Of a stretch of 64,000 nucleotides of DNA, positions 13,101 to 25,212 are shown one piece after another (within the stretch, counting starts at the first letter, position 1; each line of letters starts with the position of its first letter). The DNA is from Marsupella aquatica. Taxonomy: Eukaryota > Plantae > Marchantiophyta. Both the position numbers and the translations under genes were made by a program. The stretch is taken from the NCBI GenBank assembly GCA_973895155.1, contig OZ316891.1, positions 310,001 through 374,000 of the forward strand, read 5' to 3'. The notes under the pieces were generated by a model that worked only from the letters and a program-made list of their open reading frames with translations, did not search any database and was not told the DNA's origin.

Positions 13101-13701
13101 TCGCATTCAACCTCCCTTTTTGGCTAAAGAGATACAAAAACTCAACATTTGAAGGTTGAATTCCAAACGGGATACGTCGTATCCCATTTGGGATTTGTCC
13201 TCGTCATTTCCATAAAGATTATCGCCTATTAGTCAAATCTGATTTTCAGGGAATACGAATTTGTATAGACGGTGTGCATTCGACAAGAAGAAGAGGATGC
13301 AAAGCAAGAAAAAATGAGCGGAAAATTTTCAATTGAAGATCTCCTATTTATAGTTTTCTCCCTGATCGTGGTTAGTTTCTGACTGCAGTTGCATCGCAGT
13401 CGGTTAAATATTACCATTGATAAGAATCGTTTGGGAATATTCTTACAGGGTAAACCGATATCGGCACTTTTACTGCGTTTGTTTGTTTGTTTTTTCAAAT
13501 TCTGTGGTTGGATCCGAAATGGGATACGCCGTATCCCATCTTCGTATTCGTGTCAATTTTTCCCATTTTTTAAAATCTGAAAACTAGTTTTTAGGGGGAA
13601 TACTAATTCCGTATCCAATACTTTTTTGCCTTAGAAACTTTTTTTGCCGCGGTCAAAACGAGAAGTGTGATCACACTTCTCGTTTGGTCCGTCACTGTGT
13701 T
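10106..13701. mobile_element. Non-autonomous TIR DNA element (3596 bp) with 4-bp TSD ATAA
   Basis: Left end AACACAGTGACGGACCAAACAAGAAGTATGATCAC; right end is its reverse complement (..GTGATCACACTTCTCGTTTGGTCCGTCACTGTGTT). ATAA flanks both sides (10102-10105, 13702-13705). Removing the element plus one TSD restores the Gypsy frame KDFYVFVD. No transposase ORF inside. Confidence 0.9.
10690..13545. repeat. Array of palindromic GGGATAC-N2-3-GTATCCC / GGATCC motifs inside the TIR element
   Basis: Recurrent hairpins such as aaatgggatacgcggtatcccattt (~12550), 12730, 12900, 12990, 13080, 13170 and 13520, about 90 bp apart; GGATCCCA variants at 10690-11760. Confidence 0.85.
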
Positions 13702-14121
13702 ATAAAAATCTTTGTTCTAGTCTGGTGCTATCATGACTGGGGCCTCAACTAACATTTGCTTTAATTCCACCACTGCTGTTACTAGCTCTGGTGTGGGTTC
13801 AAAGTCTGCGCCTGCCTTGAGCATGTTAGTCAATGGTAAAGCTAGCTTGGCAAAATCCTTGATGAACCGACGATAATAGCCAATGCACCCCAAGAAGGAT
13901 CTTACATCCTTTATGTTCTTAGGTTGCATGATATCTAGCCATACTGCTAGCTTACCCTTGTCAATCTCAATGCCTTTCTAAGATACCTTGTGACCTAGCA
14001 GCACACCCTCCGTTACTCCAAAGAAACATTTATCTGGGTGTAACTTGAGACCTACCTCTCTGCATCTCATGAAGGTCTTCCTGAGGTATTTGGCATGTTT
14101 CGATGCCTTCCCAAACACTTT

Positions 14122-14278
14122 AATGAAGATTTCCATGAACTTTCTAAGTCATCAATGAAGATTTCCATGAACTTTAAGTCATCAATGAAGATTTCCAATC
14201 ATGAACTTTAAGTCATCAATGAAGATTTCCAATCATGAACTTTAAGTCATCAATAAAGATTTCCATGAACTTTCTCAA
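14122..14278 (-). repeat. Tandem amplification (~5 copies, 30-34 bp) of the RT catalytic-motif segment
   Basis: tcatcaatgaagatttcc(aatc)atgaactttaag repeated; the - strand encodes KFMEIFIDDL. Confidence 0.9.
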
Positions 14279-14849
14279 GTAGTCATGGAAAATGTTCACC
14301 ATCAATCTTTGGAACATAGCTGGTGCGTTACAAAGTCCAAACGGCATACGATTGAAGACATAGATCCCCCATTCCGTGATGAAGGCTGTCTTGATTTGGT
14401 CTTCCTGCCTAATCCTGATTATTTTGGTTATAACCAGAGTACCCATCCATGAATGAGTATAGTTCATGACTAGCTACCATGTCTAGCACCATATCAGTAA
14501 AGGGTAAAGGAAAATGATCCTTCAACGTAGCTTCATTTAACTTCCTGTAATCCTGACAAACCCGGATCTTGGGTTTACCATCGGGTCCAGCTTTCTTGGG
14601 AACTATCACAATTGGAGACACCCAGTCTGAATGTAGGACTGGAGTGATGAATCTGGCTTCCACTAGCTTGTCAATTTCAGCTTTGACCATCAGGGAATAC
14701 TTAGGGTTCATCCTTCGAATTGGTTGTCTAAACGATTTGGCCCCTAATATTAGATCAATTTGGTGTTCTCCTAAGTTTGGGTCTACTCCCTTCAGGTCTT
14801 GGTGGCTCCATGCAAACACATCGTGAAACTCAATTAGTAATTTGCCATG

Positions 14850-16200
14850 GAGTACAGGAAGATGTGTGGGGAACTTGCGCTCAACATCTTTGGGGAGGAG
14901 TTGGAGCAGGGACCTTTTATCTAGAGGGAGATGTTGGATAAAAGCCGATTGGAGGAAATGGTGGCTTTGGAAAGGATGAAGAATCTGAATGAGGTCATCC
15001 GTCGGCTTAGGGAGAAGGAAGCCGAGACAGAAGACCTAAAGGCGGCCAAGAAGGCCCAAGATGAGCTGCAGATTAAGAGCCATGAGCTCAACATCATGCA
15101 GAGGCAACTGGATACAGCTCAGGCTAATAAGTAACCAGATTATCAAGGATAAACTGGCTCGGACCCAAGGGGAGTTGGCCGATGCGGTCAAGGAAAAGGA
15201 GAAATGGAAGCGAGAGCTGAAGGACGCAGAGGAGGCCCACATGACAGCCAGCAATCGGGCCATGGCGGAAACGCAGAGGAAGGAGAGGGTACTGAAGGGG
15301 GAACTCAAGGACCTCTGCAAAGCCTTTGAGTAGAAGGAGGCTGAGTTAGGGAAGTCCTATCAAGGTCTTAGTGTGTTGCAGCATGAGCTTGCATCCCTGA
15401 CGGCCAACTTCAAGACCGGCCTACGTAAGAAGGATGATATGATTGATCAGACTTACGCCAAGATGAACCAGATGGAGTTTGAGGTCATCCAAGAGCTTGA
15501 CAAGGAGCAGAGCAACCCAGGAGGAGAGGGCTGTCTTACGGAAGGAATTGGAGGAAGCACACTAGAAGGAGTTGGAGTAGGCGCGCGGGAATCTGGACGA
15601 GACGCAAGAGGAATTGGAGGAAAGCATGCAAAAGGTGGAGAACTTACAACCCCGGGCCGACAACCAAACGGAGCGGCGGAAGAAACAAGCCGCAGTGTTG
15701 AAGTGCTTGGCCTCACCAGTTCAATCTCCAATTGTGGCAACAAGGTTGCAAGGGGTAGTACTGGCCGACGGACAAGCCGCGGCACCCCACCGGTGCCGGA
15801 GGTAATTGGCAAGGGGAAGGGACCAGCTTCCGAACAAGAGAAGAAGAAGAAGCGAAAACCTTTCGGGTCAGGGAGCAACGCGGCTTCTCAGGCCACCATA
15901 ACCAAGGAGGAGAGCACGGCACCAGCCTCAGCGGCCTTAGGCAAGGTCACGATAGAGGATTCGACTGTCCTAGAAGTCGGGGATGGCAAGGCCAAGGCCG
16001 GGACGACCATTGATGAAGCCATGGTGGCGGATCAACCACTGGAGCAGGCCGGGGAGGCCAAAGCCAAGGGTGGACTCGGTCATGCCGCGGGAGAGTTGAC
16101 TTAGTCTGGGGCAAGTAATCTGTTAGAGGACGGGCCTACGGCAGTGGCTGCGAAGGAAGCATTGGGGGCGTTCATTGAGGATCAGCCACCGCTGCAATGA
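14850..16200 (+). pseudogene. Degenerate coiled-coil / low-complexity ORF, probably a retrotransposon accessory ORF
   Basis: E/K/A-rich heptad-like ORFs 14931-15134, 15061-15333 and 15373-16104 broken by stops and frameshifts; joins the Gypsy RT abruptly at about 14845. Confidence 0.45.
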
Positions 16201-19200
16201 TGGTGGTGGAGGGCCGCTCCTTTTAGGGAGGGCAGACGTGGAGGGAGGAGGCGTGAGTGGGCAGGGCGGGCGCAATCTCCAAGTTTAGAATTAGGATCAG
16301 GACCAAGAGGTGGCCCTGACACTTAGATTAGTGGGATTGCGGATCCACTGGTAAGAGCAACACTTGTGCTCTTGCGTCGTTGTACATAGGTAGATTACAA
16401 TTAGGATAGATTAGGCCTATGATGCAAGGAATTAGGCGGATCCACTGCCAAGATAAGTACCTGGGCATCGGGGAGTTCAGGGCCTTCTTCTGTAGAAATT
16501 TTTTAGTGCACCAGTAGGGCTGGGATCAAGTAGTAAAAGAAGTTTTTGGTTAGTTATACAGTGACCCTTGTGTATATTCATGTTTCCTCATGCCTAAGAG
16601 CTTAATAGAGTTGCCTCATGGCTTAGTTTGTTTCTCTTGTGTATGAGAAGTACTGTTTGTATGGCAAGTGCATGGTATAACTCAGTCAAAATGAGTCATT
16701 TTGCTATATGTGTGTTGCATTAACTTGTTTGAAGATTGCCCACATCAACCAAGAGAGAAGGGAAGTAAGCAAGGTAGTAAGAGTTGGATGTGTCAAGCTA
16801 AGAGAGGTCTTAGCTGCTAACCCAAGCCAATTGGGGATCATTCCAGCGACGGAATCCAAACATACCTAAATGGAGGACCAGGAGAGGAAGACAAGGGAAG
16901 GCATAGAATAGGCCGGCTACTTATCTCATGACCCGATGAAGGATCTGTCCAGTATATGTGTGTAAAATGTTAGTAGAAGAGGATTAGTAGCCCCATGCCG
17001 ATAAGTTGCGGAATCGGCCTCGCCAAGAGCGAAACTTGCGGGAATCGGCTTGTGCAGGGGGGTTTCTTGGGTTTAGGGAGCCATGGGATGCACCACAAAA
17101 GCTCAGCAGCTCCAAGTAGCTCTGATCAAATCAACATTGATAGCCAATATCCATAGTAGTACAACAATGCCAACATACTACTCCTCAGCAACGATCAGCA
17201 GCAACACATAACCTTCGTGCAGCAACACATAATCTGGATCAGCAGCTGCACATAACCTATTCTATTTAGCAACGCTCCTTCAACATAAATCTCCATAGCC
17301 TCCATTTCATAGCAATTCAATGCTTCAGCAATGCCTCTCTCCTCCCTGATAGCATAGCATAGAAGTAGCACAGCAAGCAACATGAAAAAGTGTGGTAGGG
17401 CACTTTTTGGGTACACTTCATGGTCGTCGTGTCTCTTGGGCCTCCAAATTGCTTTGTCAGTTGTGGGGAAGGAAAGAGTTGGAGCCCCCCAAGTATCGAG
17501 AACCGACAGGACAACCTGGCCTGTGACGGTACCAAATCGATCGCAGTCGATTCACAATGGCCCGCATGGCACTGCTCAAAATCTATTCAACGATCGAGTG
17601 CTGGTTTGGGAAGATGCAGTGTGGCATCCCCCACAGACTTATGGGCGCAAGAGGTGTGTCACCTGCTTGGGTCAAATGTGGCGATCTCGGGGGTTTCACT
17701 TCCACAAAAATGGCATATCACGTGCGACGAAGGATAGGGTCATTTTATTGGTTCTAAGGGAAGACTTAAGAATTTTTGTAGAAGAACAATAGGGTCTTTT
17801 TAATTCAATTTTGAGACTTATAAGAACATTAGGGCCTTTTTAATCCAATTTTTAGAATATTCCAAGAATATTCCAACTTTATAGGGGTTAATTTTTTTTT
17901 AAAAATTCTTACATTTTAGGGGGTCCGACGCCTAAAAACGTCGCAGGCAATGGGGAGGTCCCCATATAGTGAGACCCCCGAGGTGGCGATGCGCCAGCAT
18001 TTACGACATGCAACGCGAGAGAGAGTACCCCCTGCAGAAAGTGGACGCAGGTTTTTTACGTTGTGTCCTTGTGATTCGGGGCAAGTTGCTTTGTGGGGAG
18101 CAGGAATGTGGGCAGACGCAGTGGGCAGCCATTGACTGCAGTGGACTGTGGGTACATGATGTCTGTCCTTCGTACAGGTTGTCGCCTTGTTACCTTTGGA
18201 TTCGGGACTAATGGATTCATGGAGTATGGGACCATTGGGATTCATTTCTACCAGTCACGTGTTTTAAAATTAATGTTATCTTGTAGTTAAATGAACATTG
18301 ACCTGAAATTATTACACTAGATTCTTGTCTTTGAATGAAGAAATTCTAAGTGTCACTAGGTGCTAGTGAACCCCACTTTTTGGGGAGTATGTATGTTAAA
18401 CTCTTGGGTGGAATAAAAAAACATACTAATGTCACCCAAATGTTACTACGTACAATATGTTGCTTTTCTGTGTATTTTCTCATGTATTGTGTTTTTTTCA
18501 CTACCTTACTAGTAGGGATTAATAAAGGTCAAAATGTCTTTCAGTGTGTGAATTTTTTTTGGGGGGTAGGTGGTTCATGGACGTTTTTTTATGGTTTGGT
18601 TTCTCATGTGCATTTTTTTTATCATTTAGTAAAACCAAAAATGTGCATTTTTGGTTTTACCATGACAATGTGTGTGTTTTTTCACTATTAAATATTGTCA
18701 TACACATCCAAAATGAACAGTGTGATTAGAATGTATTCATTAGAGTACAATACAATGGTCATGGTACTTACAATCATGATTGCACATATCATGGGAATGA
18801 CCAAAGGATTCATATGCATGCCCATGAAAGTGGCTCATGTAAGCATGTGAGACTTATATCCATGCTTGCACTCTAGGTATATGTTTGCGCTATAGGTATT
18901 TTGTAGCGTTAAGATGAAGGGATAAAGTTGGGCAAAATAAATCTAAAATATTCTATGGTGAAATCTTATATTAAATTATAGAATTAAATCAATGTGAGCT
19001 CTTTGAATGGTGACTTGCAATTATGCAATTGCATCGAGGCTTGAAGATGGCAGCACAATCAACTATCTCATTGTCTAATTATTGCTGCTTGTTACTTGCC
19101 CGTTGTACATGTACGTACTTTCTATGAATTACTGGAATGAGAAATTGAATGTGCTCGACAACAAGCAAGCAAAGACAGAGATCTTTTTGCAACAGGTTCC

Positions 19201-19989
19201 TCACCGGAATTGTTGGAGGATTGATTTATAAGAGCCCTGAGCAGGTGAGCCTGAGCTCTGACAGTAGCAAGTACAATCAGAGAGCCAGAAAAGCCAGACT
19301 AAGGATGAGCTTGAGTTAAACTCAAAAGCCTGACTTTCAATGGAGAGCTCGATTGATTGAAAGCAATTGAGGAGCATCAATGCTTGCATTGCCATTGTCA
19401 CGAACATGAGCAACTGTTAATCAAATTCTTGCGATCGATTTCATTGTCTAAAGTTGGCAAACCATGTTCATCCATCTGAAACTCAGGGAAGAGCTGAAAA
19501 TCCACGATGCTTCAATGTTGCCTAATCAGCAAGCAAGGTGTGAAGTAGATCGATGCAAGGCATAGATCTCAAACGAGCTTTGAAGCTCAAGAATTCAAGA
19601 AGCGATCCTTGGAAGAGATCACAGCTTGAGTGCATGGTTGCCTCTTTCGTTCTTGATCCTGTACACGACACCTGCTGCCTTGGATGGAGCACAATTCTTT
19701 AGTTGCGTTTGCAAGTCTTGAACACACGACCTATTGCATTTTACAGAGGTATTTACAAACGACAACAAACAGCAAACGGTAACAGCAAACAGAAACTGGT
19801 AACAGGAAATAGAAACTATTAACAGGAAAAGGAGTGGTAATTTTTTTTGAAATTTTTTGAAATTTTTTTTTCAGTCAGCGCTAGCAGAAAAATGTTTTTT
19901 TAATTTTTTTTGGAAAATGTGACTTTTTTGAAAATATTTTTTAATTGTCATTTTTCGTGGTAACAGTAACTTTTTGCTAGTAACAAGAA

Positions 19990-20990
19990 ATGTTTTACTG
20001 GTACCAGGAAACCTGTTTCGTGTTTTCTGTCACAAATGCCATACCCCTTTGTGAGAAGGTTCCCACCATCAAAGATCGTTATGATCGCTATGTCGGTGGA
20101 AGTTCTAGACATTGGGAATACTCTTCTGCAGCTGTTGCTATTGAGGATGAATCAGATGGTGATCAAGAAGATGGAGCTAACCAAGCAGTCAAAGACGATG
20201 GGCCATCGGAGGGGGCATACGTGAAGAATTTGGATGATCGAGTTGGCGAGGGTGAAAATATTGACCTTGTGGAAGACGATATGATTGTTGGATCTGCACC
20301 TTGTAGTTCACCAATTACAGATGTTGCCCCATGGGCCCCAACGAGGGCTAATATGATGATAACTTGGATAGAGATGGTCTCCATCCACAAGTGCCTGGAC
20401 AAGAGATGGAAGTTGATACTTTTGAAAAACTTTCTTCAAACAACCTTCTCAATCAAGGTGCGGAGAGGCATGCTGAGTCCAATGAACTTGACACATTGGG
20501 ATTGAGACCACAGCCCATCCAAATAGCTAACATTCCCGTGAATGAAGCAAGTGCATCCACGACTGTTGACAACCAGGCAGGTGCTTCAATTTGTCCCGAT
20601 ACACTCTTTTCCGCTTCTGATGACAAATTGGTGTTTGTTCGATCACAATCAAGAAGTCCCGTTATCCTTCCACTCTCAAAAAAGAAAGGGAAGAGAGTAG
20701 GATCAATTGGATATAAGTCACTTGAATATGATTGTCGATGTTACGTGTGGAAAAGTGGACCCAATGTAGGAACTGAAGTTGCGTTGGATGCTGCTCAATC
20801 AATTTTGAACAATGACCCGTACAAAAAGCACAAGAAAGATCCAACTTATAGAAGTGGAGAATTGGGATTGATAACTCCGGTTTGGTCTGCACCTTATTGG
20901 GTAGAGGAGAGTACCTCCGATGTCAATTATGAGATCCAACAAGAACTTGGTGATGATATCTTGATTGATGAATATGGATCGCATTGTTAG
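19990..20990 (+). pseudogene. Acidic low-complexity ORF remnants upstream of the NIF-domain ORF
   Basis: Overlapping D/E-rich ORFs 19990-20505 and 20364-20990 in different frames; no recognisable domain. Confidence 0.3.
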
Positions 20991-21243
20991 CCAAGGTCTA
21001 GATTGAGCGATGTGACCTTATCAATTTGATATAATTATAGTCTGTATAATTATACTTCAAGTTTAACAATTAGAGCATCAGTATCAATATCCATCTCCTC
21101 TTTACGGTTTCTCAATGAATCTGATCAACATGCAGATATATTTTCTCTGTGGTTGGCCACTTGTGTTGGATTGACAGAGATTATCTCTATCCAAACTTCA
21201 AATGTGGTTTTATCTCTAAGATTGGTATTTGTTGCACTTGCAG

Positions 21244-22283
21244 AACCAAGACCTTGACATTCCATCAAGCGCAAATTGCTGATTTTGGATCTTAACAAAA
21301 TACTTTGGGATTCAGTTGAATTCCAAAGCAAGGGCAAATCCAGAAATGTTGTGATCCCAAGTGGAGTGCATTGGGATAGAAAAAATGGAATTAGTCGCAT
21401 GTACACAGAAAGGCCAGGGCTCCATGAGTTTCTAAAGTTGGTTTTTGACCAATTTGACGTTGCAATTTGGACATGTGCTGGGGTACATCGAACAGTGAAA
21501 ATGTTGAACATGATGTTCACTGCTGAGGAGCGGTTGAAACTTAAGTTTGTATTCACACAGGTGGAAGCCTTTGACACAGGCATTCAAAGGCGTGACATTA
21601 CAAACGGAAAGGCAAATGTGCTACTGAAGGATTTTCGGGTGGTATGGAGTGGATTTGGAAATCTATATGATGAAACCAACACCCTCCTTGTGGATGACTC
21701 CCCCCTTAAGGCATTTGCCAACCCAAGCATGACCGGACTATTTCCAGTGCCCTACACGCATGCCAATGGTGGAGATAATTTTCTTCTAACAATTCTTTGG
21801 CCTTGTCTTGAGAAACTATCCCATGCAAGTGACATTAGATGTTATCTTCTTCTTAACTCTCCACTGTGGTCTCTACTGCACATAAAGAGAGACAAGGTAA
21901 AAAATGAAATTACTTATGATCAACTTAGTAAGAGATGTGCAACAAAAATTTGGAAGTCACAGGTTACGCATAGTGTGTTGGACCTCAATAGCAATGAGAT
22001 TCCTTGGAACATGAAGCATCGTATATGTAGTTTACATCCTGAGGCAGAACTTGACGATGCACTTGTCACGTCACTTGCTAAAGCATTTGTAGGAAGGGAC
22101 TATTCAGGTCCGCACAGAGAAAATCCCAGACACTTTTTGCAAGAGATTATAGCCATTAGGAACAACACCACCAAGTTTCAGCTCCCTGAAGATAAAGGGA
22201 CTTGCAACCGTGACACTAGGGTAGATAGTAAAGGAGATAGGGGCACGTGCTCAAATACACATTGTAAGGAGCACTTTGTTTAG
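21244..22283 (+). pseudogene. FCP1/NIF (CTD-phosphatase-like, HAD superfamily) domain ORF, probably disabled
   Basis: KLLILDLNKIL (motif I variant), RPGLHEFL..VFDQFDVAIWT, LLKDF..VW and NTLLVDDSPLKAFANP are NIF-domain motifs. The ORF starts at TTG and has an in-frame TGA seven codons upstream (21255-21257). Confidence 0.75.
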
Positions 22284-22553
22284 AGATCTGACTCATGTTA
22301 AGCCCCTTCGATAGAAGAAATACATTGTAAATTTGGAGATAATTGTATATTGATTTATAATCTATTTGGAGTTATGTCATTTTGTTCACACATATTCAAG
22401 GGTTTCTTTGTGCTGAAATGTTTTTATAAGTATGATCCTACTATTCTTTGTGAATTAATAAATAATGATCTCTATCCTATTATTCTTTGTGAATCAATAA
22501 ATGATATAATATGTATTATTTATTAATATAATACTAATATGATTTGGCCTATA

Positions 22554-22632
22554 AAGTGTACATTTAGAGACCAAAAAGTGTACATTTGGGTTTCTTAAAG
22601 TGTACATTTGGGGACATGAAAGTGTACATTTC
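22554..22632. repeat. AAGTGTACATTT motif x4, TE-subterminal-like
   Basis: Four copies about 22 bp apart. Confidence 0.7.
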
Positions 22633-23934
22633 AAGACTGATTTGTGAACAAAAGAAAATACACTTTTAATGAATAGGCTGATCGATGCGGTTTGGTTCGC
22701 AAGTGACGATTTTATTTTTTGTGTTCCTTTGTTGTTTGCGATGGATTCCGGTTGGCAATAGAGGGCCATAGTGTTGTAGTGGGGCAACAGGAGGAGCATT
22801 TACAGTTTAGTCTGGCAAGGCTACGTGATCCATGGGGAGTCCTGGCCTTTGTCTGGTAGAGAGCACTAAGGGATTTATGGCCAGAGCTGAGCTTGCAGGG
22901 CAAGCGTGAGGCCGGGTCTCATTGCAGTCTGGGGTAGATTGCCGTTAGGCCTGGTACCAACTTTGAAGTCAAGTCAACTATGCATGCGTAACTTGCCATT
23001 CTGAAATGGAGGTGTTAGATCTGTATGTGCCCCCAAGAACCCGCCCAAGAATGAAGTGCAGTGAAGGAGGTTGAGTTCAAGATTGAGTTTGCAAGGCAAA
23101 TACGGGATTGGTTTGAGTCAAATCTGCCGTCGCAATCTGGAGTGAGTCGGGCTCAGGTTCAGGATTGAGCTTGCAAGGCAAGCATGGGGCTTGCAGGGCA
23201 AGTACGTCGCAATTTGGAGTAGACAACCTTTGGGCCTATTGTTCAGATCAAGTGTTCTCAGTGAACTATTGTGCACATCTTTGAATGATCTAATTGAGTT
23301 TAGCTCTCAGGCTTCATTTCTCTCATGGATGTGTGTGTGTGTGAGGCAATCTGAGTGTATGATGGGACTAGCAGCGCCACTGAGAGGTGTACCAGGTGCA
23401 TTGAAGTGGGTTGGATGAGGGCTGTCATAGCTCTGATTGCTGAGAGTGGAATGGCAAAGTGGTGGGGCAATGGCTTAGAAGTCCCTAAGCCGGGAATCAA
23501 TCAGGAGTCACTGGTTTATGGGTATATTCCGGTGGCGGAATAGAAATATACCTATGACAGTAAGCATATGTATAGACATATGCAAACCGTAGCGCTAGGC
23601 CCTATGTGTACGGGCCCGATATGAAGACCCCTTTCTCACAAGAACTATCATGAGCACAAGATCTGATTCCCAACCTTGGTTCCTAGGGATTGAGCTTGGG
23701 TGATGTGTGACAGAGTCTTGCTATAATGATAGTCTGGTGTTAAGGGCATAAACTAGTGTTTACCGGCCTTCACAGCATCCCTTCGTGATCCTCAGGTACA
23801 AGGAGATGGCTTTGGCACCCAATAGTGACGTTTTTGGTGTTAAAACCCATGTCAATCGTGTGACATTTGGCAAGCAGACGAGCTAACACCCGCAAGGCTC
23901 AAGTACCCATGGCACCCCAAGACCTAGTTGAGCT

Positions 23935-24690
23935 CAGAAGGGCCTCCTTGAGAGATTTCCAACGCACCCAAGAAGTCCCCTAATGGACTTCCCGTTGGGA
24001 AGATATCTTTGTTTTCGTTAATTTGACATTTTCCCTTAGTGTCGCGACCGCCGCGGCTCACGACTCCAGCTCGCCTTTAGCCCCCAAAGAGACACCACTC
24101 CCCTCATATATGCTTCTGGGGACCTGCCACCGCCAGAAAAAATTTAAACCCTAAACTTTTGGACCACAACCCGGACCCTATCCCGCATAATTGGGCACGC
24201 CACCAACTGGCAAAGCCCATAACTTTCTCGTTCTAGGCGTCCGCAAGCGGAGTGCCTTAGCCCGTTGTGATCTAGTGCCCATGCCTCAGCCTTCAAATCT
24301 CATCGCCGCTCGGGGCCCCCATTTAGCCAAACCCGGATCGGGCCAAAACTCGCGCCCCAAGCGTCCGTTGCCCATGGCGTCAACTCCATTGGCCTTGGGC
24401 CCAAGAGGAGCTCTCACTCCCTCAGAAATCAAAGTCCCTCCGGAGTTCCGGACGGTCAATCTTGAGCCCAGTCCCTTTCCCCTTGACCCGACCAGCACTC
24501 AGTTAGTCAAAGTCCTTAGTGTGTGTCCACAGCTTGGCGCCTTGCCTTTGCTAGTGTCACTTCCCATTGCCCACAAGTCTTCTCATGCTAAGTTCTCCCC
24601 AGATGGCCTATCCGGGCCTAGACCATAAGGGAGCTCGGCATCGGAATCAACGACGTCGGAGCTAAGTGTTAAGGTAGTCAAGTTCCGCGA
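23935..24690. mobile_element. Dispersed retroelement-like repeat, copy 1
   Basis: Clearly homologous to 33310-34075 (ttccaacgcacccaagaagtcccc ... ggagctaagtgttaaggtagtc); the terminal motif also occurs at 61296-61320. Confidence 0.75.
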
Positions 24691-24991
24691 CTTGATCACT
24701 CTATAGATTGGTGCAACGTTATATTCTCGGTTTTAGGTTTAGTGTTTCAGGGTTTAGGGTTTAGCAAAGATGACCATTCTATTGATATCCTTTCAATCCC
24801 CGTGCGTTGCATAAAAGATGTTTCTTGGTTAAAGATGTTGTTGAGAAATAGATAGTGGTGCAAGAGATATCGTTGAATAAAAATAATAATTGTTAAAATA
24901 CATGATTGCACAAAAACCTTTTGTTGAGTGAAAGATTTCATTGTGCAAAATAGTGGCTACGATAGCCACAAAAGTTCCCATTTCTTTTTCT

Positions 24992-25212
24992 CAGCTTTTA
25001 ACTACATTGCCACTAAAGATGTTTGAATTTACAATACTGCCACTATTTTTTTCATATTTACAAAAATGTCATGGTTTTTGTATATAATTCTCCTAGTTAC
25101 ATTGGTAAACTTGTTATCCGTATACAATACAGTGGCATTTTTATATATACAGAAAAAACAGTGGCAATATTATGAATTAGAACATCTTTAGTGGCAAAGT
25201 AATCAAAAGCTG
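24992..25212. mobile_element. Mutator-family MITE (221 bp) related to the element at 50699-57928
   Basis: Ends CAGCTTTTAACTACATTGCCACTAAAGATG and CATCTTTAGTGGCAAAGTAATCAAAAGCTG; 10-bp flanks ttctttttct / ttcttttttt (9/10 match); almost entirely two long TIRs. Confidence 0.88.

Larger units (their letters stand above)
8960..14845 (-). mobile_element. Degenerate Ty3/Gypsy LTR-retrotransposon pol (RT-RNaseH-integrase), interrupted by a nested TIR element
   Basis: RT: WVSPIVIVPKK, RVCQDYRKLN, FMDGYSGYNQ, MPFGLCNAPA, FIDD, VRSFLGCIGYYRRFIKDFAK. RNase H: FVDVSG..IGSVL, YFASRQL, NYSTTEREALG, RVARWMLLLQEFDY. Integrase: H..GGHF/CDPCQ zinc finger, PFEKWGIDYIGP, DYATKWVEA, TPYHPKANG. RT-RH-INT order is Gypsy-type; several frameshifts and stops. 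Confidence 0.95.

Noticed and set aside
12280-13545. CRISPR-like appearance of regularly spaced palindromes
   Set aside because: Spacers are homologous to each other, the repeats are degenerate, there are no cas genes, and the array lies inside a eukaryotic TIR element.
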